From a virus (taxonomy: Duplodnaviria; Heunggongvirae; Uroviricota; Caudoviricetes): DNA of 64,000 bases. The first letter of the stretch is position 1; the number at the start of each line of letters is the position of its first letter. The notes beneath the pieces are model-generated. The model was not told the DNA's origin. It saw only the letters and a program-made list of their open reading frames with translations, and ran no database searches. Of this stretch, positions 1-10,362 are shown in pieces. The translations under genes were made by a program, and so were the position numbers. The DNA lies in IMG/VR virus record IMGVR_UViG_3300037384_000074, positions 20,112 to 84,111 of that record; one strand, given 5' to 3'.

Positions 1-103
1 ATGAAACACTTGTAGCTATTCGTTCACTAGGACGTGATGCTAATCTTACAAATGGCGCAGACGACGCGGAATTCCCTAACTCCTGACCAAGAAGGTGACT
101 GAT

Positions 104-373
104 ATGGTTACCCAGCCAGAAAAAGGTTTTCTAGTAACAGGTAAAACGCTGACAGTATTAGTCAGCGTTATTACTATCGTTGGTGCCCTTTTCGCTGGTG
201 TAACCAAAGTAAATAGCTGGGACAATCGATTGTCAAATCTTGAGATAAACTACTCAGCTCAAGACGAAAATGTGGTAAATTTAAGTAAAAACGTTCAGTC
301 ACTTGAACGTGTTATTATCGATTTGAAGTTGGTTCTAACACATAAGCAGCTTCTGTCGCCACCGGCACAGTGA
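104..373 (+). CDS. small membrane protein, hypothetical
   Basis: ORF with one hydrophobic helix (LTVLVSVITIVGALFAGV). ATG at 104 has a GAAGG RBS; the track's GTG at 95 is an alternative. Confidence 0.4.
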   Translation: MVTQPEKGFLVTGKTLTVLVSVITIVGALFAGVTKVNSWDNRLSNLEINYSAQDENVVNLSKNVQSLERVIIDLKLVLTHKQLLSPPAQ

Positions 374-399
374 TATACAAGTATGAATTTTGAGGGCCA

Positions 400-777
400 A
401 TGAAACAAGAGTTGAACGAAGATAACTTCGTGTTAACTGCAGCCAAGCACTATGACTGCGTATTTCTGAATACAGATGAGTTCCAAGAAGATATCAAACG
501 AATAGCTTACATCAAGCGTTTATTCAATTCATATCGAAAGACTGGTGACCTTAAGGAACGATTGATCCTTAATCATCTGATTGTCATTTATAATGTATTT
601 GGTCTTTTCGCGACGAAGATGTTATTCTTCAAGCTAGATGATTATGACCAATATTTGAAGACTTTCTTGACATTCCTCAGTTATATGCCAGACCATGTTA
701 GTGGAATTGGTCGAGAAATCAGTAGTAAAGAAATACCGCTACACGACGATATTTGGCGTAAGCTTCATAACCTTTAG
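400..777 (+). CDS. hypothetical protein
   Basis: 125-aa ORF, tight spacing, no recognisable motif. Confidence 0.45.
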   Translation: MKQELNEDNFVLTAAKHYDCVFLNTDEFQEDIKRIAYIKRLFNSYRKTGDLKERLILNHLIVIYNVFGLFATKMLFFKLDDYDQYLKTFLTFLSYMPDHVSGIGREISSKEIPLHDDIWRKLHNL

Positions 778-804
778 TAGTGCATAAATAGCTGATGGTA
801 ATAT

Positions 805-1287
805 TTGGGGGTATTGATGGCTTCACTCGTTGACACATATCTATTGTATAGGTTCGTTCGCGGCCTCTCTACACCATTCACTGAATTGAAAACCTATAAA
901 TTAGGCTTGACTGACGACGAGGGCGAATGGGTCGTTCCAAAAGGAGATCGAACTCCTGAACAGAATAATGGTTACACTTACTGGGATATTTTGATCCTCA
1001 ATATCAAGAAGATGCTTGCTAAGATTCCAGGTGGCAACACTAGATTAGGTACGTTTGCTGCAGCTTTATATCTGATCAAGGAGGGCGACGAAGAAGAAGC
1101 TGACCTCCTTAATGTTGACCTTCTTAAAGAAAAATACGATTATTACCTCACTGAGGCCGAGCTGTTCCTTGAAGATGAAGGTGGAGCTCCTACAAACAAT
1201 ATGGGTAGTGGCAATATCGCCGACCCCAAAGCCCCACTGAAGAGAAAGGTGTTGAAGAGATTCAAGGATTTAGTAGATCCTTCTTGA
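805..1287 (+). CDS. hypothetical protein
   Basis: 160-aa ORF, acidic C-terminus, no recognisable motif. Confidence 0.45.
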   Translation: MGVLMASLVDTYLLYRFVRGLSTPFTELKTYKLGLTDDEGEWVVPKGDRTPEQNNGYTYWDILILNIKKMLAKIPGGNTRLGTFAAALYLIKEGDEEEADLLNVDLLKEKYDYYLTEAELFLEDEGGAPTNNMGSGNIADPKAPLKRKVLKRFKDLVDPS

Positions 1288-1318
1288 CTCCAACTTAAGG
1301 ATTCAGTAGTGTCGAAAT

Positions 1319-2353
1319 ATGAATTTCGACAAGATCATCTACCTCAAGCAAGCAGCTCAGCAGCTTTCCTTCAGGTTATCCCTTTATAAACAGCAATCAA
1401 TTGCCCCGTTCAGGGGCAATTTTCGTTGCGATATATGTGGGGACTCCCAGAAGAATCGTTTCAAGCGGCGAGGCTTTATTCTTGAAGAAAACGGCAATCT
1501 CTTCAAATATTGTCATAACTGCGGTTACTCTGCGCCTCTTGAAATTTACCTCCGAGATCATCAGCCTGATATCTACCAACATTTCAAGTTTCAGATGATA
1601 TCGGAGCCGGTTCAAGAATCAGAACCGGAACAAGAAACAATTGGCGAGTATTCGATATTATCGCAATACCAGGCACTTGATGGGCTAACTGATATTATCA
1701 AGTTGAGTAGAAACCATCCTGCTGTTCAATATGTGTTGGGACGTAAACTGCCAGTAGAAGTGGGGCGCTTCTTTTATACTGACAAGTTCTATTCGTATGT
1801 GAACGATATACTCCCAAACAAATTCAAGGAAAATTCTCTAAAAAGAGACCATCCTCGACTAATTCTGCCGTTAAAACGTGAGGATGGTACAGTATTTGGC
1901 GTTGTAGGACGTGACATTAAACCGGATAGTGAACTTCGTTATTTGACGATTAAGTTTGATGATTCTGCCGCTAAGATTTACGGTCTAGAGAGGCTCAATA
2001 GAGCTGAGCACGCTAAGATTGTAGAGGGTCCTTTCGACAGTCTGTTCCTAACGAACTGTATAGCGTTAGCAGGTACTGACGGCAAGCCAGATGATGTATT
2101 TGACAGTCACAGTCAGTACACTTTAATTCTGGATAACCAGCCTAGAAATGTCGAAGTGACGAATAAATATGCTAGATACATATCAGCCGGTTGCCAGATC
2201 GTCATCTGGCCCGATTTCTTGAAAGAAAAAGACATCAATGACCTCATCTTAGCAGGTAAAACCTCTGCCGAGATTGAATCTATTGTTGCAGAAAATACTT
2301 TTCAAGGGATCCAAGCTGAACTTAGATTCAAACGTTGGAAGAAGTGTAAATGA
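1319..2353 (+). CDS. DNA primase (T4 gp61-like, zinc ribbon + Toprim)
   Basis: CxxC-x17-CxxC zinc ribbon (CDICGD...CHNCGY) near the N-terminus; Toprim-like EGPFDSLFL and DNQ motifs; about 340 aa, as for gp61. Confidence 0.7.
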   Translation: MNFDKIIYLKQAAQQLSFRLSLYKQQSIAPFRGNFRCDICGDSQKNRFKRRGFILEENGNLFKYCHNCGYSAPLEIYLRDHQPDIYQHFKFQMISEPVQESEPEQETIGEYSILSQYQALDGLTDIIKLSRNHPAVQYVLGRKLPVEVGRFFYTDKFYSYVNDILPNKFKENSLKRDHPRLILPLKREDGTVFGVVGRDIKPDSELRYLTIKFDDSAAKIYGLERLNRAEHAKIVEGPFDSLFLTNCIALAGTDGKPDDVFDSHSQYTLILDNQPRNVEVTNKYARYISAGCQIVIWPDFLKEKDINDLILAGKTSAEIESIVAENTFQGIQAELRFKRWKKCK

Positions 2354-2538
2354 AGAAGAAATTCACGGTACGAGTTAATGACTACTCCTATGAAGGCGGA
2401 ACCGCAATCGGGTTCGAGATTCCTGAAGACTTCCTAGAAGCAATGGATCTCAAACTACATGAGATTCTAGAATGGGAAGTTGACACAGAAACAAAGACTA
2501 CAACCATTACTAAGACAAATACAGTAGTAAGCCAGTAA
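2350..2538 (+). CDS. hypothetical small acidic protein
   Basis: 62-aa ORF, ATGA overlap with the primase stop. Confidence 0.4.
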   Translation: MKKKFTVRVNDYSYEGGTAIGFEIPEDFLEAMDLKLHEILEWEVDTETKTTTITKTNTVVSQ

Positions 2539-2539
2539 T

Positions 2540-3514
2540 ATGAAACTATTCGACACTCAGATCTCACGTAAGCCCAATCGTTATCCGTGGACTCAAGAAT
2601 TCATCAATGCAATGTGGCAAGGATTTTGGACTCCAAATGAGTTCGATTTCAAGGGCGACAAACACAATTTCAAGCGGGATCTTACTGAAGAAGAGCGTCG
2701 CATTATCGTAAAGACTCTAACTGCAATTGGTCAGATCGAGATCGCAGTTAAGAAGTTTTGGGCTCAGCTTGGCGATCATCTTCCACATCCCTCCATGAGT
2801 GATCTTGGCTATGTTCTAGCCAATACTGAAGTGATCCATAATCAGGCGTATGAGAAACTACTTGACACACTTGGACTACAGAAGGCTTTTGAAGAGAATC
2901 TTCAGGAACCAGTTGTCAAGGGTCGCGTAGAATATCTTCGGAAGCACCTTGAAAATTCCTTCACAGACAATCGCAAGCAGTACATCTACTCAATTATTCT
3001 CTTCACCCTATTTGTAGAGAATGTAAGTCTGTTCAGCCAGTTTTACACGATTCTTTGGTTCAATCGATATAAAAACGTGCTACGTGACACTGCCCAGCAG
3101 GTTAAATATACTCGTAATGAAGAGATGATCCACGCTCAGGTTGGGATCAAGATTATCAATACACTTCGTCAGGAATATCCTGAATTGTTTGATCAGGAAT
3201 TAGAGGATAAGATCCTCAAGGAATGTGCTAGTGCGTTCGAACATGAGAGTGCACTGATCGATTGGATGATTGGCACATATAGTGATGACAAGATTTCTGC
3301 GCCAATCTTAAAGGAATTCATCAAAAGTCGTTTCAACAGCTCGCTCTCGTCGATTGGATTCGGTAAACTGTTCAATATTGATTCTGAATTGATTGATGAT
3401 ACAATGTGGATGGATGAAGAGACTCTTGGTAATAATATGGTCGATTTTTTCCATTCCCGCCCAGTAGAATATACAAAGAAAAATAGGGCCTATACTGAAG
3501 ATGACATTTTCTGA
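2540..3514 (+). CDS. nrdB: ribonucleotide reductase class Ia small subunit
   Basis: Two E..H di-iron ligand motifs (EVIHNQAY, EEMIHAQ), tyrosyl-radical region, about 320 aa, directly upstream of nrdA. Confidence 0.85.
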   Translation: MKLFDTQISRKPNRYPWTQEFINAMWQGFWTPNEFDFKGDKHNFKRDLTEEERRIIVKTLTAIGQIEIAVKKFWAQLGDHLPHPSMSDLGYVLANTEVIHNQAYEKLLDTLGLQKAFEENLQEPVVKGRVEYLRKHLENSFTDNRKQYIYSIILFTLFVENVSLFSQFYTILWFNRYKNVLRDTAQQVKYTRNEEMIHAQVGIKIINTLRQEYPELFDQELEDKILKECASAFEHESALIDWMIGTYSDDKISAPILKEFIKSRFNSSLSSIGFGKLFNIDSELIDDTMWMDEETLGNNMVDFFHSRPVEYTKKNRAYTEDDIF

Positions 3515-3581
3515 TGCCAAATGGCATTATGAATTGATCGATTTAGCACGTTCGAAAGCAAAACAAAGAAGGTATTAATTA

Positions 3582-5225
3582 ATGACTGCACGTTGGCTAA
3601 ACAAGGAATCGCGACAGTTTCTCAGTCGTGGTTACTTGCAAGGAGAGCAGACCGCCGAAGAAAGAATTCGTGAAATAGCAGAAGGCGCTGAGCGATATCT
3701 TTCTAAGCCAGGATTTGCCGATAAATTTGAACAGTATGTGTTGAATGGCTGGGTATCTATGGCCTCCCCTGTATGGGCCAACTTTGCCACTGATAGAGGC
3801 CTTCCAATTAGCTGTAACGGCGTCTACGTAGACGACACTATGGACAGCATTCTCCACAAGGTCGCTGAAGTAGGGATGCAGACTAAGGAAGGTGCCGGCA
3901 CTTCCGGGTATCTGGGAGCTCTAAGACATCGTGGCGCAGCAATTCGTACTGGCGGTGAATCATACGGTCCAGTACACTTCCTTGAGATGTTCGAAACAAT
4001 CACGAATGTAGTCAGTCAGAGTAACGTTCGTAGAGGCTCATTTGCCGCATATCTCGACATTGAACACCCTGATATCAAGGAATTCCTCACTATTCGTGAA
4101 GAAAACTCACCAATGCAGAAGATGTCTTTCGGCGTTTGTGTGACGGATAAGTGGATGGAAGAGATGGTCAATGGCGATAAGGACAAGCGCAAGACCTGGG
4201 CCTCTGTCATTCGCCGGCGCTTCGAGACTGGTTATCCCTATATTTTCTATACTGATAACGTTAACAATGCTCGACCTCAAGTCTACAAGGATAAGGGTGT
4301 AAAGGTACACGCTTCTAATCTCTGCACTGAGATCATGCTACCTTCTTCCGAAGACGAATCATTCGTATGCTGCTTATCGTCACTTAACCTTTTATATTAC
4401 CTCGAATGGAAGGATACTGATGTTGTAGAGACGCTAACTTACTTCCTTGATGCAGTGTTGACAGAGTATATCAACAAGACTCTTGGCAAGAAGTTCATGG
4501 AGCCCTCTCGCAATTTCTCGATTAATCATCGCGCTATTGGTGTAGGTATTCTCGGATGGCACTCATTCCTACAGTCTCAGAATATTGCTTTTGAATCGAG
4601 TGAAGCGCGCGACTATAACGTTGAAATCTTCAAGACTATCGATGAACGTACGCTTGAAGCTTCGAAAGAAATGGCAATTCTATATGGTGAGCCGCCTATG
4701 CTAAAGGGCTATGGCTTAAGAAACACAACTAGAATGGCCGTTGCACCGACAACGTCGTCTTCATTTATTCTAGGACAGGTTTCACCTTCTTCTGAGCCTG
4801 AAAATAGTAATTACTACACTAAGGATCTTGCAAAGGGCAAGCACACCTACAAGAATCCTTGGCTTAAGGATGTATTGAAGAGCCATAAGCAGGATAATCC
4901 AGAGGTTTGGAGATCTATTCTTGTAAATGGTGGTAGTGTTCAGCATCTATCCTTCTTGTCTGAACATGAAAAGAATGTATTCAAGACGTTCGGCGAGATC
5001 GCTCAGATCGAAATTATCACACAGGCTGCTGCTCGTCAGTTGTTTATCGATCAGGGACAGAGCATTAACCTGATGGTTCATCCTGAGGCAGACCTAAAGG
5101 ATGTCAACAACCTGATGATTGAAGCGTGGAAGCTCGGAATCAAGAGCCTTTATTATCAGCGCTCAACCAATCCTGCTCAGCAGCTTGCTAGATCTCTACT
5201 GTCATGCGAATCATGTGAGGCGTAA
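3582..5225 (+). CDS. nrdA: ribonucleotide reductase class I large subunit, no ATP cone
   Basis: Active-site motifs LPISCNG, ASNLCTEI and a C-terminal CESCEA cysteine pair; 547 aa, so it is a short form without the N-terminal ATP cone. Confidence 0.85.
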   Translation: MTARWLNKESRQFLSRGYLQGEQTAEERIREIAEGAERYLSKPGFADKFEQYVLNGWVSMASPVWANFATDRGLPISCNGVYVDDTMDSILHKVAEVGMQTKEGAGTSGYLGALRHRGAAIRTGGESYGPVHFLEMFETITNVVSQSNVRRGSFAAYLDIEHPDIKEFLTIREENSPMQKMSFGVCVTDKWMEEMVNGDKDKRKTWASVIRRRFETGYPYIFYTDNVNNARPQVYKDKGVKVHASNLCTEIMLPSSEDESFVCCLSSLNLLYYLEWKDTDVVETLTYFLDAVLTEYINKTLGKKFMEPSRNFSINHRAIGVGILGWHSFLQSQNIAFESSEARDYNVEIFKTIDERTLEASKEMAILYGEPPMLKGYGLRNTTRMAVAPTTSSSFILGQVSPSSEPENSNYYTKDLAKGKHTYKNPWLKDVLKSHKQDNPEVWRSILVNGGSVQHLSFLSEHEKNVFKTFGEIAQIEIITQAAARQLFIDQGQSINLMVHPEADLKDVNNLMIEAWKLGIKSLYYQRSTNPAQQLARSLLSCESCEA

Positions 5226-5470
5226 TGGAAGAATTAGAAAACGTTAGTGATGTCTACTACGATGACTCGTACATTAAGCTTACTGAGACCTACAGACTTG
5301 ATGAGACCTACATCAAGTCTGTAGCACTTGATCCTTTCGAATTTAAGAATCGTCGTCAGGATCTTCGACTATCGGTTGGGATGGGAACACTATATTTGTC
5401 TGTTTTTCCTGACCCGTTCATAGAGGGAACCCGTATGTGCCAGACAATTGAATGGACACGTGATGAGTGA
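5225..5470 (+). CDS. hypothetical protein
   Basis: 81-aa ORF, TAATG overlap with the nrdA stop. Confidence 0.35.
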   Translation: MEELENVSDVYYDDSYIKLTETYRLDETYIKSVALDPFEFKNRRQDLRLSVGMGTLYLSVFPDPFIEGTRMCQTIEWTRDE

Positions 5471-6125
5471 TGAAGCAGTATTTTACGATGATCGTGAAGT
5501 AGACGGCATCTATGGCTGGTGGTGGAACCCAGTTGACACTGGTGCATGGGAAGGACCAAAGATCGATTGGGAGACCTCTCATAAACATCTTATTGACAGG
5601 CACTGTACACGTAAGCGAACTGTAATACAGGCTGGTGGCAACTTGGGGATGTATCCTAAGCTATTATCACGTCAGTTTGAGAAGGTAATAACATTCGAGC
5701 CAGATCTTTTGAATTACGATATTTTGCAGCGTAATTGTGTCGAAACCAATATTACCGCATTCCCACTTGCACTTGGATATGATCACGGCGTTGGGGTAAT
5801 GAGAAGGCCTTCACGTATTAACGTCGGCATGAATTATGTTGAAAACGTTGGTGAGCTTGATAACTTGTCACCAATTCAAGACAAGGTCGACATAATTCCA
5901 CTCGACCGTATTATGAAGCCAGATTTAAACGTCGATCTACTAATGTTGGATGTAGAGGGAAGTGAACTTAGTGTCCTTCTAGGTAGCAAAGAGATAATCA
6001 CGATGTTTCGACCGGTGATTTTCTGTGAGCGTCCTACAATAAACGTGCATTCTTTTCTCGAAGCATATGGATATAGAAAAGCTGATACATCGGCGATGGA
6101 TACAGTCTTTATTCCGTGGGATTGA
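5463..6125 (+). CDS. FkbM-family SAM-dependent methyltransferase
   Basis: VIQAGGNLG...ITFEP...ALG matches the Methyltransf_21/FkbM signature (G.N.G, FEP). ATG at 5463; TTG at 5448 is an alternative. Confidence 0.55.
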   Translation: MSDEAVFYDDREVDGIYGWWWNPVDTGAWEGPKIDWETSHKHLIDRHCTRKRTVIQAGGNLGMYPKLLSRQFEKVITFEPDLLNYDILQRNCVETNITAFPLALGYDHGVGVMRRPSRINVGMNYVENVGELDNLSPIQDKVDIIPLDRIMKPDLNVDLLMLDVEGSELSVLLGSKEIITMFRPVIFCERPTINVHSFLEAYGYRKADTSAMDTVFIPWD

Positions 6126-6141
6126 CGCCTAAATAGGCGTC

Positions 6142-6573
6142 ATGACTCATGAAACAAATCAGTGGATCTACAAAAATAAGCCCTTTTTAGAATCAGATGT
6201 TGGCGATTTCGTAGGATTCGTCTATCTTATTACTGAGATATCAACAGGCCGAAAGTATATTGGCAAAAAGATATTCTATAATAAGGTTGTAAAACCACCT
6301 CTGAAAGGCAAGAGCCGTCGGAGGATATCTCGGAAGTTCTCCGATTGGCAAACCTATTACTCATCAAGCGATGAAATCAAAGATATTGTTGCTGGGCAGG
6401 GTGACGCCGACTATAAACGAGAGATATTACGGCTTTGTATGAGCAAGGCTGAAATGTCATATTTCGAAACGAAAGAAATATTCTCTCGCGATGCACTTCT
6501 CAAGGATGAGTACATTAATAAATGGGTCAGTTCACGAATTCAGAAAAACCAGCTAAAAAGCGTTATCGTATAA
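6142..6573 (+). CDS. GIY-YIG endonuclease-domain protein (Seg-like, short)
   Basis: GFVYLITEISTGRKYIGKK carries the GIY...YIG motif. At 143 aa it lacks a DNA-binding extension. Confidence 0.5.
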   Translation: MTHETNQWIYKNKPFLESDVGDFVGFVYLITEISTGRKYIGKKIFYNKVVKPPLKGKSRRRISRKFSDWQTYYSSSDEIKDIVAGQGDADYKREILRLCMSKAEMSYFETKEIFSRDALLKDEYINKWVSSRIQKNQLKSVIV

Positions 6574-6997
6574 CGCAATTCCTTGGCGATATTGATGCTA
6601 AGGATCAGCCTGAAGACACTGCAGTGGTGACTCTTGAGGGGGCATGTCCAAACTGTGCTTCTGGTGAAAACTCACTAATCATCCTTAATACTAAAGCAAT
6701 TTCACCTACAGTGAAGAAGTTCTACTTTCGTTGCCTTCAATGCGACAGCGATGAAGGAAGTGTCCTACTTAATATGTGAGAATGTAATGAGAGAACATCT
6801 AGCCCTTACTATTTGTCTACAGTTGATGAGTGACTACGAAGACTTGACCGAGTCAATCGGTGAACCACGTCAGTTGACTTCACGTACTGCTGATGAAATA
6901 CCTCCACTAAATTCCCCGTTTCCATCCTTGAATGTTATGCACGACAATGTGTTGGCTCAGTTCAAGGCTCATTATAGCCATGTTAAGGAGTTCAATT

Positions 6998-7276
6998 ATG
7001 GCAGTTAAGACTCGCTCAAAGGTCGTTTCTAACGGTACTCGACGTTCAGTTCGGAAGATCAACACTCGTAAGGACCCAAGCGTTCGGTTTGCTAACCAGC
7101 TTGATGCCTTTCTTAGCGGTAAGAACGTCGTGATGACGATTCCTAACGGTAATCCGCTAGAGACCAACAAGCGCTTCATTAAGGTCAACGCTTCGCAGAT
7201 CTATGGAGATTGGCGCGCGATGCGGTCAGGCCTCATCGACAAGACTGATCACAGCAAGAAGGGTAAGCGGAAGTGA
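6998..7276 (+). CDS. small basic protein, hypothetical
   Basis: Strong AAGGAG RBS 7 nt upstream of ATG 6998; K/R-rich 92 aa. Confidence 0.45.
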   Translation: MAVKTRSKVVSNGTRRSVRKINTRKDPSVRFANQLDAFLSGKNVVMTIPNGNPLETNKRFIKVNASQIYGDWRAMRSGLIDKTDHSKKGKRK

Positions 7277-7500
7277 CCATCGAGGTATATGGCAAGCGAA
7301 ATTGTTCGTATTGCTCTCTTGCCAAGAGCTTTCTAGATAAACAGAACATCGAATATTCATATTTCGATGTTGAAGCTGAAGGTTTCGACCTCACTACACT
7401 ACTCAAGGTCACTGCTCCTGGTGCTAGAAGCGTACCCATTATAGTAGTTGATGGTAAATGGATTGGCGGTTATACAGAATTGACAAAGGAATTTAAGTGA
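7273..7500 (+). CDS. glutaredoxin/thioredoxin-like redoxin (NrdC/NrdH-type, RNR electron donor)
   Basis: YGKRNCSYCSLAK CxxC active site, 75 aa, located near nrdAB. Confidence 0.75.
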   Translation: MTIEVYGKRNCSYCSLAKSFLDKQNIEYSYFDVEAEGFDLTTLLKVTAPGARSVPIIVVDGKWIGGYTELTKEFK

Positions 7501-7778
7501 ATATCATTGAACTGCTTAGGAACGAGGTTCCAACTCGTATTAAGTTTACTAAGGCTGATGGATCCACTCGTGTAATGTGGGCAACTCTGAACTCTAAGTG
7601 GCTACCTCCTGTTGATCCTGACGCTAAACCTTCTACTAAGGTACGTCCTGAAGGTACGTTTGCCGTATTTGAAATCGACAATGGATGGCGATCCTTCAAG
7701 ATCGAAAATCTCCTCGAAATTGCATCCTATCACACACTCGAACGCGCCAAGGAACATGGTTTGGTGCTAAAGGACTGA
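7497..7778 (+). CDS. hypothetical protein
   Basis: 93-aa ORF, GTG start overlapping the redoxin stop (GTGA). Confidence 0.4.
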   Translation: MNIIELLRNEVPTRIKFTKADGSTRVMWATLNSKWLPPVDPDAKPSTKVRPEGTFAVFEIDNGWRSFKIENLLEIASYHTLERAKEHGLVLKD

Positions 7779-7780
7779 TT

Positions 7781-8092
7781 ATGGCTGACGTGATTGCTAA
7801 GAACTGGGCTATTTTTCAGGTATTCTACGGAGATAATACTTCTATTTTCTGTACTGTTACCAATGTGTTAGGTGTATCTGCCGACGTAACAGTTGCCAGT
7901 GAAGGTGATCAACTATACGTTATGACAGATAATAACACAATTTACTTGGATACCCTTAGAGAACCTCTAAAGTTGGGTCATCTATATGTATGGTCTACAT
8001 GGCTAGATATGCACAAGCGTGACAACAATGTTATTGATGCTTGTGACGTAACTGAGGATTTTATGGGTTTTATGGATTTTACGGATGACTGA
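7781..8092 (+). CDS. hypothetical protein
   Basis: ATG 7781 lies 3 nt after the upstream stop; 104 aa. Confidence 0.4.
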   Translation: MADVIAKNWAIFQVFYGDNTSIFCTVTNVLGVSADVTVASEGDQLYVMTDNNTIYLDTLREPLKLGHLYVWSTWLDMHKRDNNVIDACDVTEDFMGFMDFTDD

Positions 8093-9065
8093 GATTGTTG
8101 AAGGTAAGTTCGTAACAAACGAACTATCTAAGAACGCAATGGGTGGCACAGAGCAGATGGCTCTTAGGATGATTCGGGATATTGATCCTGAACTCCTAAA
8201 GAAATTCCAAATCATCCATTCTCGCCCTCGTGAACTGCGAACTGACCTCAAGAAGATTCTCGTTTGCCATGATCTGGCCGGTGACGATGAGGTAGCCCAA
8301 CTTGCTGATGTAAATTATCGTAAACAGTTTGACAAAATTGTGTTTGTGAGCAATTGGCAAGCTCAAATGTATAATCTTCAGCTCGGAATTCCTTATAGTG
8401 AATTTGTAGTGATTCCTAATGCGATCGAACCTTTCACTGCAGATCGTGAGGCTAGAAAGCCAAAGAGTCCAGATGAGCCTATTCGTTTGATCTATCATAC
8501 TACTCCTCATCGAGGCTTAGTACTACTTTGTCACGCATATGAGGAATTCACTAATAGATTTCCTGATTTTAAGGTTGAATTGGACGTTTATTCGTCGTTT
8601 GATGTATACGGTTGGGGCGAACGAGACACTCCTTATAAGCCTCTGTTTGACCACATTAAATCGCTTCCTGGCGTCACATATCACGGATTTAAGCCGAATT
8701 CAGAGGTTCGCGAAGCTCTGACAAAGAGTGATATCTTTGCATACCCATGTGTTTGGCCTGAAACGTCGTGTATTGCAGCGATTGAAGCGTTGTGCTCAGG
8801 CAATCTAATGCTATATCCTAATTTAGCGGCATTGCCTGAAACAGTGTGGATGTCAGATCCTGTTTTTCAGTATCAGTGGACAGAAAAAGCTCAGGATCAC
8901 GTCAATGTGTTTTTCACAGCATTGACCAATCTTCTATTCAAGATGAGAGAGCATCCTGAGCAAGTCTCTGAAGTAGCATTTCGTCAAATGCTTGTATATA
9001 ATGCTGAATATAATTGGTATTCTAGAGTGAAGAGGTGGGAGTCTCTCCTTAATTCACTCGTCTAA
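8085..9065 (+). CDS. glycosyltransferase, GT-B fold (GT1/GT4-like)
   Basis: C-terminal ETSCIAAIEALCSG is an E-x7-E donor-binding motif typical of GT-B transferases; ATGA overlap with the upstream gene. Confidence 0.5.
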   Translation: MTEIVEGKFVTNELSKNAMGGTEQMALRMIRDIDPELLKKFQIIHSRPRELRTDLKKILVCHDLAGDDEVAQLADVNYRKQFDKIVFVSNWQAQMYNLQLGIPYSEFVVIPNAIEPFTADREARKPKSPDEPIRLIYHTTPHRGLVLLCHAYEEFTNRFPDFKVELDVYSSFDVYGWGERDTPYKPLFDHIKSLPGVTYHGFKPNSEVREALTKSDIFAYPCVWPETSCIAAIEALCSGNLMLYPNLAALPETVWMSDPVFQYQWTEKAQDHVNVFFTALTNLLFKMREHPEQVSEVAFRQMLVYNAEYNWYSRVKRWESLLNSLV

Positions 9066-9076
9066 GGAGAATAGAG

Positions 9077-10351
9077 TTGAAAACTAAGTTTGAGATGGCT
9101 CGAGAAGTCATTAGCACTCATCCCGGAGTATCTCGCAAAGAGATGATTGCAATCTTAGTTGATCGTGTAGGGCTGACTACTGCAGGAGCCTCAACATATC
9201 ATTATAATATCACAAAGAAGGCTGCGAATACTGAAACGCAGCCTTCTCGCGCTGAAGCAGTAAAGACTCAGGTTTCCTTTAACAAGCGCGGTAGCAAGAC
9301 AGCTACCAAGAAGAACTTGATCACATACAAAAATTCTCACGGCGCAGAGCCAACATCGATCAACTCGAAATGTGAACTGACCCGTGCCTTGAATTGGTAC
9401 AACTATATCCATGAGCCTGTTCAGTCGAAAGAATGGCTTATCGAATATGTTACCAAGCATTTCCCTGATAAGACAGCGATTTTTAATCGGTTAGATATTA
9501 ATAATTTCGGATATACGGCTGGTTGGATTGGTCGTATGATACTGAATGGATTGAATATCGATCCGGAAACTGTTAACTGGTTGCACTCGAAGATCAATTC
9601 ATATATTGATGAATCTGCAACAAGTGATGAGACACTGGGTCGTCGTCCTACTGACAAAATCAGCCTTTATTTGCCCGATTTTGAGGATGCGGTTGACAGG
9701 TTTTATGATGGGGAAACAGAGTTCTCTGCATATAATTACTTAACGTCAAACGTCGTACCTCAGATTTATGCATCTCGAATTGCTGAATATTATCGGCCTT
9801 GGCTCGAAGAGCTCGAAGCTGCAATCAAAAATACGGATCCGCAGATCAAAGAAGGGTATGCGCATCTAACAAGTACTCAGAAGCGCGCACGAGCAGCCTT
9901 CATCAAAGCAATTATCGATGATTGCAGTCGATATGTGGGTAACACGCGTAAGGAACGTAAGCCCCGTCAGAAGCGGGCAACATCGAATGCAACAAAGCTC
10001 AAGCACTTCCGATATATGAGTAAACATGACGCTCTTAAGCTCGTTTCAGCTAATCCTGAAACGATCATTGGTGCATCTCAGTTGTTTGCATTGAATACAA
10101 AGAACAATGTACTAACCGTCTTTAACGCAAAGACGGGAGGTCTTGATGTAAGTCGCAGTTCTATCACAAATTATGATGAGACTACCACTAAATGTAAACG
10201 TGTAGGTCGGTCTCTTAGTACCGCAGTGCAGACAGTATTGACTGGCACTAAGTCAATGCGAAATCGAGTTCTTGATGCTGTCAAAACTGATTTTGCAGGT
10301 GTCATTGACCGCCTAAATAATGATACGATCCTATTGAAGGTCGTAAAATAA
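9077..10351 (+). CDS. hypothetical protein (424 aa)
   Basis: Long ORF; AAGGAG RBS 8 nt before TTG 9077 (in-frame ATG at 9095); no recognisable motif. Confidence 0.5.
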   Translation: MKTKFEMAREVISTHPGVSRKEMIAILVDRVGLTTAGASTYHYNITKKAANTETQPSRAEAVKTQVSFNKRGSKTATKKNLITYKNSHGAEPTSINSKCELTRALNWYNYIHEPVQSKEWLIEYVTKHFPDKTAIFNRLDINNFGYTAGWIGRMILNGLNIDPETVNWLHSKINSYIDESATSDETLGRRPTDKISLYLPDFEDAVDRFYDGETEFSAYNYLTSNVVPQIYASRIAEYYRPWLEELEAAIKNTDPQIKEGYAHLTSTQKRARAAFIKAIIDDCSRYVGNTRKERKPRQKRATSNATKLKHFRYMSKHDALKLVSANPETIIGASQLFALNTKNNVLTVFNAKTGGLDVSRSSITNYDETTTKCKRVGRSLSTAVQTVLTGTKSMRNRVLDAVKTDFAGVIDRLNNDTILLKVVK

Positions 10352-10362
10352 GAGGTAGCGTA

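Noticed and set aside
6522-7008. ORFs 6522-6779 and 6751-7008 (85 aa each) as genes
   Set aside because: Both overlap their neighbours extensively in other frames and lack an RBS. The zinc-ribbon-like CxxC pairs in the first are the only support. Too weak to call.
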